A stretch of 63,531 nt of DNA from an uncultured Gemmatimonadaceae bacterium (GTDB taxonomy: Bacteria > Gemmatimonadota > Gemmatimonadetes > Longimicrobiales > RSA9), in NCBI GenBank assembly GCA_964619835.1, contig CAZUFP010000023.1, positions 1 through 63,531 on the forward strand. The letters are read 5' to 3'. Shown piece by piece: positions 58,013 to 63,531 of this stretch. The notes beneath the pieces were generated by a model, which saw only the letters and a list, made by a program, of their open reading frames with translations, had not been told where the DNA came from and did not search any database. The position numbers were made by a program, and so were the translations under genes. Numbering within the stretch: position 1 is the stretch's first letter; each line of letters opens with the position of its first letter.

Positions 58013-59427
58013 CGACAGGAAGACGCGGGAGGCCGCGGCGTACGGCGCGCGGGCTGGCGTTTGTGTTGGGCGTGGTCGTTGTGAGCGCCGGAGCCGGGAC
58101 GGCGGAAGCGCAGGCGGCGGATCCGTCGGCGGTCCGGGGCAGCCGGCCGCAGGCGCCGGACTCGCTGGACCTGGCGGCCGTGGTGCGCCGGGCACTGGAA
58201 CGGTACCCGGCGGTGGCGGCGGCGCGGGCGAGCCGGGATCAGGCGCGAGCGGCGGTGGGCCAGGCGCGATCGGCGTGGCTGCCGGCTGCATCGCTGGACG
58301 CCTCGATGACGCGGTTCGAGAAGCCGATGGTGGTGGCGCCGATCCACGGCTTCACGCCGGGCAGCCTGCCATCGTTCGACAACACGCTGATCCAGGGTGG
58401 CGTGACGCTGGGCTTCACGCTGTGGGATGGCGGTGCCCGGGGCGCGCGGATCCACCGTGCCGCCGCTGCGGCGGCGGGGGCGGAAGCGGGCATGGACGCG
58501 ACGGAGCAGGACGTGGCGGCGCGGGCGACGCTGGCGTACCTGCGCGTGCTCACGCTGCAGGACGTGCTTCACGCGCACGAGCTGCGGCACCAGGCGCTGG
58601 AATCGGAGCTGGCGCGTGTGACGCAGATGCTGGACCAGGGCAAGGCGGCCCGGGTGCAGGTGCTGCGGGCACGGGCCTCACTGAGCCAGGCCGCGGCGGA
58701 ACGGGAAACGACGGCGAGCCAGCTGGAGCTGGCGATTCGTGACCTGGGCCGGCTGCTGGGCCTTGCGCCCGACCAGGTGCGGGGAGCCGGATTGCGGATG
58801 GTCCACTGGTCGGGGGCGGCGGTTCCGACACGCGACGTGTTGCTGGAGCAGGCGCGCTCGGCGAACCCGGGGTTGAAACGGGCGCGGCAGTCGCTGGAGG
58901 CGGCGCGTGCGGGCGCGGCGGAAGCCCGGGCGCGGTTCTTCCCGAGCATCGGGCTGGCGGCCCGGCAGGCGGAGTACGGGAGCGGCGCGGGCGACTTCAA
59001 GGGCGAGTGGAACGCGGGCGTGCAGGTCTCGTACGCGCTGTTCACCGGCGGAGCACGCCTCAAGGCCATGGACCGTGCGTCGGCGGAGCACCGTGCGGCG
59101 GAAGACGCATTGTCGCTGCAGGAGTTGGGCGTACAGCACGACGTGGATGCGGCGCTGACGTCGCTGGCATCGGGGCAGGCGCAGGTGCGGGCGCTGACGG
59201 CGGGCGTGGCGCAGTTCGAGGAGGTGGCCCGCATCGAGCACCTTTCCCTGGAGACCGGGGCCGGGGTGCAGACAGACTATCTGACGGCCGAGGCGGAGCT
59301 GCTGCAGGCGCGCGCATCGCTGGCGCAGGCGCGCCACGCGGTGATCGCGGCGCACGTGGAACTGGCCCAGGCGGTGGGCGAGCTTTCGCCCGGCTGGATC
59401 GAACGGAACATGGAGTCCAACCGATGA
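58009..59427 (+). CDS. TolC-family outer-membrane efflux protein (OMF)
   Basis: GTG start overlapping the TetR stop. Signal peptide, and two repeated OEP coiled-coil/beta segments (LDLAAVVRRALERYPAVAAARASRDQARAAV...). Confidence 0.8.
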   Translation: MTTGRRGRPRRTARGLAFVLGVVVVSAGAGTAEAQAADPSAVRGSRPQAPDSLDLAAVVRRALERYPAVAAARASRDQARAAVGQARSAWLPAASLDASMTRFEKPMVVAPIHGFTPGSLPSFDNTLIQGGVTLGFTLWDGGARGARIHRAAAAAAGAEAGMDATEQDVAARATLAYLRVLTLQDVLHAHELRHQALESELARVTQMLDQGKAARVQVLRARASLSQAAAERETTASQLELAIRDLGRLLGLAPDQVRGAGLRMVHWSGAAVPTRDVLLEQARSANPGLKRARQSLEAARAGAAEARARFFPSIGLAARQAEYGSGAGDFKGEWNAGVQVSYALFTGGARLKAMDRASAEHRAAEDALSLQELGVQHDVDAALTSLASGQAQVRALTAGVAQFEEVARIEHLSLETGAGVQTDYLTAEAELLQARASLAQARHAVIAAHVELAQAVGELSPGWIERNMESNR

Positions 59428-60413
59428 ACAGGAAGCGACTCATCCCGGTGCTGCTGGTGGTGGTGATCGGCGGAGTGGTGGCGTGGCTGCTGCTTCGGGG
59501 CGGCGCGCGGGCCGGCACCCTGACCGCGTCGGGAACGGTGGAAGCGACGGAAGCGGATCTCGGGTTCAATTTCGCCGGCCAGATCACGTCCATCGCGGTG
59601 CAGGAGGGGGACGCGGTGAAAGCGGGCGAGGTGCTGGCGCGCCTGGATGCGTCGGAGCTGGATGCTCGCCAGGCGGCGGCACAGGCGCAGGCGCAGGCGG
59701 CCGAGGCTGTGCTGCGGGAGCTGGAGCGTGGCGCGCGGCCGGAGGAGCTGGCGCAGGCGCAGGCAGCGGAGCGGGCGGCGCAGCAGCGTTACGAGGACGC
59801 AAAGCGGGACGTGGATCGGGCGCAACGCCTGTTCGCAGGCGGTGCGATCAGCCAGGAGGCGCACGACAAGGCGCAGACCGCGTTCGACGTGGCGCAGGCG
59901 GCGTACGACCAGGCCAGGGAGCAACGCCAGCTGGTGCAGGCCGGACCGCGTCCGGAGCGGATTGCGGCTCAGCGGGCCATCGTTCGCCAGGCCGAGGCGG
60001 CGGTCCGCCAGGTGGACGCGAACCTGGCCCACGCGGTCGTGGAGGCCCCGTTCGACGGTGTCGTCACGGTGAAGCACCGGGAGGCTGGAGAGACGGTGAG
60101 CCCGGGGCTGCCGGTGGTGACGGTGATGAACCCGGGCGACCGGTGGATCCGGATCTATGTGCCGGAGAACGAGATTGGCCGGGTTTCCCTCGGCCAGAAG
60201 GCGGTGATCCACTCCGACTCCTACCCGGACCGCCAGTACGACGGGTTGGTCACCTTCATCGCGAGCGAGGCGGAGTTCACGCCGCGCAACGTGCAGACGC
60301 CGGAGGAACGGGTGAAGCTTGTGTACGCGGTAAAGGTCCGCGTCACGGGCGATGCCCGGCAGGACCTGAAGCCCGGCCTGCCGGCGGACGTCACCCTGGA
60401 CGTGGGTTCCTGA
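59424..60413 (+). CDS. HlyD-family membrane fusion protein (periplasmic adaptor)
   Basis: N-terminal TM anchor, a biotinyl/lipoyl-like region, a long coiled-coil (AQAQAQAAEAVLRELE...) and a C-terminal beta-barrel. Confidence 0.8.
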   Translation: MNRKRLIPVLLVVVIGGVVAWLLLRGGARAGTLTASGTVEATEADLGFNFAGQITSIAVQEGDAVKAGEVLARLDASELDARQAAAQAQAQAAEAVLRELERGARPEELAQAQAAERAAQQRYEDAKRDVDRAQRLFAGGAISQEAHDKAQTAFDVAQAAYDQAREQRQLVQAGPRPERIAAQRAIVRQAEAAVRQVDANLAHAVVEAPFDGVVTVKHREAGETVSPGLPVVTVMNPGDRWIRIYVPENEIGRVSLGQKAVIHSDSYPDRQYDGLVTFIASEAEFTPRNVQTPEERVKLVYAVKVRVTGDARQDLKPGLPADVTLDVGS

Positions 60414-60417
60414 CGCC

Positions 60418-61332
60418 GTGAGCGCTGCCGTCTCGATCCGGGAACTGTCCCGGCGCTTCGGTGACGTGGTGGCCGTGGACAGCCTGAGCCTGGACGTGGA
60501 GGAGGGCGAGCTGTTCGGCATCGTGGGCCCGGATGGCGCCGGCAAGACGACGACGCTGCGCATGCTGGCCGGCGTGCTGCGGCCGTCGTCGGGAGACGCG
60601 CTGGTGTTCGGCACGAGCGTGGCCAGGGACCCGGAAGGGGTGAAGCCCGACCTGGCCTACATGGCGCAACGATTCGGCCTGTACGAGGACCTGACGGTGC
60701 GGGAGAACATCGAGTTCTACGCGGACCTGTTCCAGGTGCCGCGCACGGAACGGCCCGCACGCCTGGAGCGGCTGTACCATTTCTCCAACCTGGGGCCCTT
60801 CGAGGACCGGCTGGCCGGCAACCTGTCGGGCGGCATGAAGCAGAAGCTGGCCCTGTCCTGCTCCCTGATCCACACGCCGCGGCTGCTGCTGCTGGACGAG
60901 CCCACGTTCGGTGTGGACCCCATCTCCCGGCGCGACCTGTGGCTGATCCTGCACGAGATGGTGGCGGAAGGCGTGACCATCGTGGTGTCGACGTCGTACC
61001 TGGACGAGGCGGAGCGCTGCGACCGTGTGGCACTGCTCCAGGACGGACGGGTGATGGCCCTGGACTCGCCGGACGCGCTGCAGGCCAGCCTGAAAGGGCA
61101 GCTTGTGGTGGTGAGCACGCCCGACGCGCGGCGGGCGCGGGAGCACCTCCGCACCCTGGAAGGCATCCGGCAGGCGGCCCTGTTCGGGGAGACGGTGCAC
61201 GTGCTGCTGGAGGAGGGATCGGAAACGGACGTGGGCGCAGCGCTGGCGGACGCGGGCATCACGGTGAGCAGCCTGGTGCGCGGCGAGCCGTCGCTGGAAG
61301 ACCTGTTCATCGACCTGGCCCGCCATGGCTGA
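60418..61332 (+). CDS. ABC transporter ATP-binding protein (first of two)
   Basis: Walker A GPDGAGKTT, signature LSGGMKQKL, Walker B LLLLDEPTFGVD. Confidence 0.9.
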   Translation: MSAAVSIRELSRRFGDVVAVDSLSLDVEEGELFGIVGPDGAGKTTTLRMLAGVLRPSSGDALVFGTSVARDPEGVKPDLAYMAQRFGLYEDLTVRENIEFYADLFQVPRTERPARLERLYHFSNLGPFEDRLAGNLSGGMKQKLALSCSLIHTPRLLLLDEPTFGVDPISRRDLWLILHEMVAEGVTIVVSTSYLDEAERCDRVALLQDGRVMALDSPDALQASLKGQLVVVSTPDARRAREHLRTLEGIRQAALFGETVHVLLEEGSETDVGAALADAGITVSSLVRGEPSLEDLFIDLARHG

Positions 61333-62263
61333 CCCCGTCGTGGTGCAGGAGCTGACGCGCCGGTTCGGCGACTTCACGGCGGTGGACCGGGTGAGCTTCA
61401 ACGTGCACGAAGGCGAGATCTTCGGCTTCCTGGGCCCCAACGGCGCGGGCAAGACGACGACGATCAAGATGCTCACCGGCCTGCTGCGCCCCACGGAGGG
61501 TGAAGGGCGGGTGGCGGGCCTGGACATCCGGTCCAACGCCCGGGAGATCGCCCAGGTCATCGGCTACATGTCGCAGCGATTCTCGCTCTACGCGGACCTC
61601 ACGGCGGCGGAGAACATCGAGCTGTTCGCCGGGCTGTACGGCGTGGAGGGCGAGCGCTACCGGGCTCGCAAGGCCTGGGTGCTCCAGATGGCCGGACTGG
61701 AAGGCCGGGACCACCTGCTCACCGCCGACCTGCCCCTGGGCTGGAAGCAGCGGCTGGCGCTGGGCTGCGCGGTGATCCACGAGCCGCCCATCCTGTTCCT
61801 GGACGAGCCCACGTCGGGCGTGGACCCGTTGGCGCGCCGGGCGTTCTGGGACCTGATCAATGAGCTGGCCGAGGGTGGCACGACGGTGCTGGTAACGACG
61901 CACTACATGGAAGAGGCGGAGCACTGCCGGAGGCTGGCGCTCATGAACCGGGGCCGCCTGATCGCGTTGGACTCGCCGTCGGCGTTGCGGGGGTCCATGT
62001 CGGAGCCGCTCTACCAGGTGCAGACGCCGGACGCGCCCCACGCGGTGGAGGCCCTGGCGAAGAGCCCGGACGTGATGGAGGCGTCGCTGTTCGGCCGCGC
62101 CGTGCACGTCGTCATGAAGGAGGGAGCGGGCGCAGAGGCGTCCATCCGCGCCACTCTGGCGGACGTGAACGTGAGCGCGACGTCGGTGGAACAGATCCCG
62201 CCCGCGCTGGAAGACGTGTTCGTCGCGCTGATTCGCCGCGAGGGCGGCGCGGTGGAGGGCTGA
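61325..62263 (+). CDS. ABC transporter ATP-binding protein (second of two)
   Basis: Walker A GPNGAGKTT, an LPLGWKQRLAL signature variant, Walker B ILFLDEPTSGVD. Confidence 0.9.
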   Translation: MADPVVVQELTRRFGDFTAVDRVSFNVHEGEIFGFLGPNGAGKTTTIKMLTGLLRPTEGEGRVAGLDIRSNAREIAQVIGYMSQRFSLYADLTAAENIELFAGLYGVEGERYRARKAWVLQMAGLEGRDHLLTADLPLGWKQRLALGCAVIHEPPILFLDEPTSGVDPLARRAFWDLINELAEGGTTVLVTTHYMEEAEHCRRLALMNRGRLIALDSPSALRGSMSEPLYQVQTPDAPHAVEALAKSPDVMEASLFGRAVHVVMKEGAGAEASIRATLADVNVSATSVEQIPPALEDVFVALIRREGGAVEG

Positions 62264-62264
62264 C

Positions 62265-63380
62265 ATGCTGAGCCGCACGCGACTGCTGGCCATGGCCCGG
62301 AAGGAGACGATCCAGCTGCGGCGCGACCCCCGCAGTCTGGCCATGGCGTTCCTGCTGCCGGTGGCGCTGATCCTGTTCTTCGGCTACGCCATCAGCTGGG
62401 ACGTGAAGGACCTGAAGCTGGCGGTGCTGGACCAGGACCATTCGCAGAAGAGCCGCCAGCTGGTGGAGAGCTTCCTGAGCAGCGGCTACTTCATCGTGGA
62501 AGCGCACCTGTCCCGGTACGGAGAAGTGGACGAGGAGCTGGGCCGGGGGCGGGTCGCGGCCGTGCTGGTCATCCCGCCCGACTTCTCGAAGAACCTGGCG
62601 GGGGGCTCGGCGCCGGTGCAGCTGCTGCTGGACGGCAGCGACGCCAACACGGCCACCATCGCCCTGAACTATGCCGGCGCCATCGTGACGCGCTGGTCCA
62701 GCAACGTGGTGCTGCAGGGGCGCAGGGTGCGGCCGGCGGTGGATCCGTTGCTGCGCGTGTGGTACAACCCCACGCTGGACAGCCGGGACATGATCGTGCC
62801 GGGCCTGATCGCCGTGATCATGATGGTGATCGCGGCCATGCTCACGGCGTTGACAGTGGCGCGGGAGTGGGAACGCGGCACCATGGAGCAGCTGGCGGCG
62901 ACGCCGGTGCACCGGCTGGAGGTCATCTTCGGCAAGCTGCTGCCGTACATCGCCATCGGCCTGTTCGACGTGATGCTCACGGCGGGCGCGGGCGTGCTGG
63001 TGTTCGGCGTGCCCTTCCGGGGCAACATCCTGCTGTTCATGGTGCTGACCACGTTCTTTCTCATCGGCGCCCTGGGGCTGGGCATCTTCATCTCGGCGGT
63101 GGCGCGGAGCCAGGTACTGGCCACGCAGATCGCCCTCATCGCCACGTTCCTGCCCGCCCTCTTGCTGTCGGGCTTCCTGTTCGAGATCGCCAACATGCCG
63201 AAGGTGCTCGAGGCGGTCACGTTCCTGGTGCCGGCACGCTACTACATCGTGGTCACGCGCGGGATCATGCTGAAGGGTGTGGGCCCCGAGACGCTCTGGA
63301 TCCAGAGCCTGTTCATGATCGTGTTCGCGGCCGTGGGCATCGGCCTGGCCACACGGGTGTTCCGGAAGGAAATCGAGTGA
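62265..63380 (+). CDS. ABC-2 type transporter permease (YbhS/YhhJ-like)
   Basis: N-terminus RLLAMARKETIQLRRDPRSLAMAFLLP and 6 TM segments, the typical ABC-2 pattern. Confidence 0.85.
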   Translation: MLSRTRLLAMARKETIQLRRDPRSLAMAFLLPVALILFFGYAISWDVKDLKLAVLDQDHSQKSRQLVESFLSSGYFIVEAHLSRYGEVDEELGRGRVAAVLVIPPDFSKNLAGGSAPVQLLLDGSDANTATIALNYAGAIVTRWSSNVVLQGRRVRPAVDPLLRVWYNPTLDSRDMIVPGLIAVIMMVIAAMLTALTVAREWERGTMEQLAATPVHRLEVIFGKLLPYIAIGLFDVMLTAGAGVLVFGVPFRGNILLFMVLTTFFLIGALGLGIFISAVARSQVLATQIALIATFLPALLLSGFLFEIANMPKVLEAVTFLVPARYYIVVTRGIMLKGVGPETLWIQSLFMIVFAAVGIGLATRVFRKEIE

Positions 63381-63531
63381 AACGGGAAACGGGAGACGGG
63401 AATCGGGCCACCACACCCGTGCCCGCGGGCGGCGGGCGCGACGCGCCGGGCAACGGAACGCGCGCGTCGTTGCGCCGGATCCGGCAGATGGTGCGCAAGG
63501 AGTTCCGGCAGATGTTCCGGGACCCGCGGCT
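63377..63531 (+). CDS. Second ABC-2 type permease; N-terminal fragment that continues beyond the window
   Basis: In-frame RIRQMVRKEFRQMFRDPR motif. Start is GTG at 63377 or ATG at 63489. Confidence 0.6.
   Translation, partial: MKRETGDGNRATTPVPAGGGRDAPGNGTRASLRRIRQMVRKEFRQMFRDPR

Overview
The window is 63.5 kb of very GC-rich (~68-70%) bacterial chromosome. Strong GC3 codon bias, Shine-Dalgarno sites and many 4-bp ATGA start/stop overlaps show tightly packed operons. The overall style (ECF sigma/anti-sigma pairs, secreted HEAT/TPR proteins, Mla system) is reminiscent of Gemmatimonadetes-like or other high-GC Gram-negative genomes, but no taxonomic claim is made. No rRNA, tRNA, CRISPR array, transposase or integrase was seen.

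Content is mostly housekeeping and envelope functions:
- Core metabolism and redox: metK (partial), class II fumarase, two thioredoxin-reductase-like flavoproteins.
- Cell wall and envelope lipids: PBP1A, an mlaEFD lipid-transport operon joined to NUDIX, AI-2E and CDP-alcohol phosphatidyltransferase genes.
- Replication and transcription: rho, recF, a DUF721 (DciA-like) gene, gyrB and ssb.
- Proteolysis and amino-acid metabolism: a 2-domain M16 peptidase and a D-amino-acid aminotransferase.
- Miscellaneous catabolism: nitrilase, an NSS-family Na+ symporter, and a thiolase/SPFH/3-hydroxybutyryl-CoA dehydrogenase operon.
- Secreted and regulatory proteins: two convergent ECF sigma/anti-sigma modules flanking secreted HEAT-repeat proteins, a secreted protein with three internal repeats, and a TetR-TolC-HlyD-2xABC-2xABC2 efflux cluster.

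The most unusual non-coding signals are:
- a terminator-type attenuator with AAAGC motifs in the metK leader (SAM-riboswitch candidate);
- a 24-bp AT-rich perfect palindrome upstream of fumC;
- a ~50-bp dispersed REP-like repeat present at least three times;
- short CCGTCTCC tandem repeats;
- a 530-bp divergent control region with 4x24-bp tandem repeats, G-quadruplex-type G-runs and a palindromic operator overlapping the TetR start codon.

Gene starts were re-derived by hand from the sequence. Many of the listed six-frame ORFs are antisense artefacts of the high GC content.
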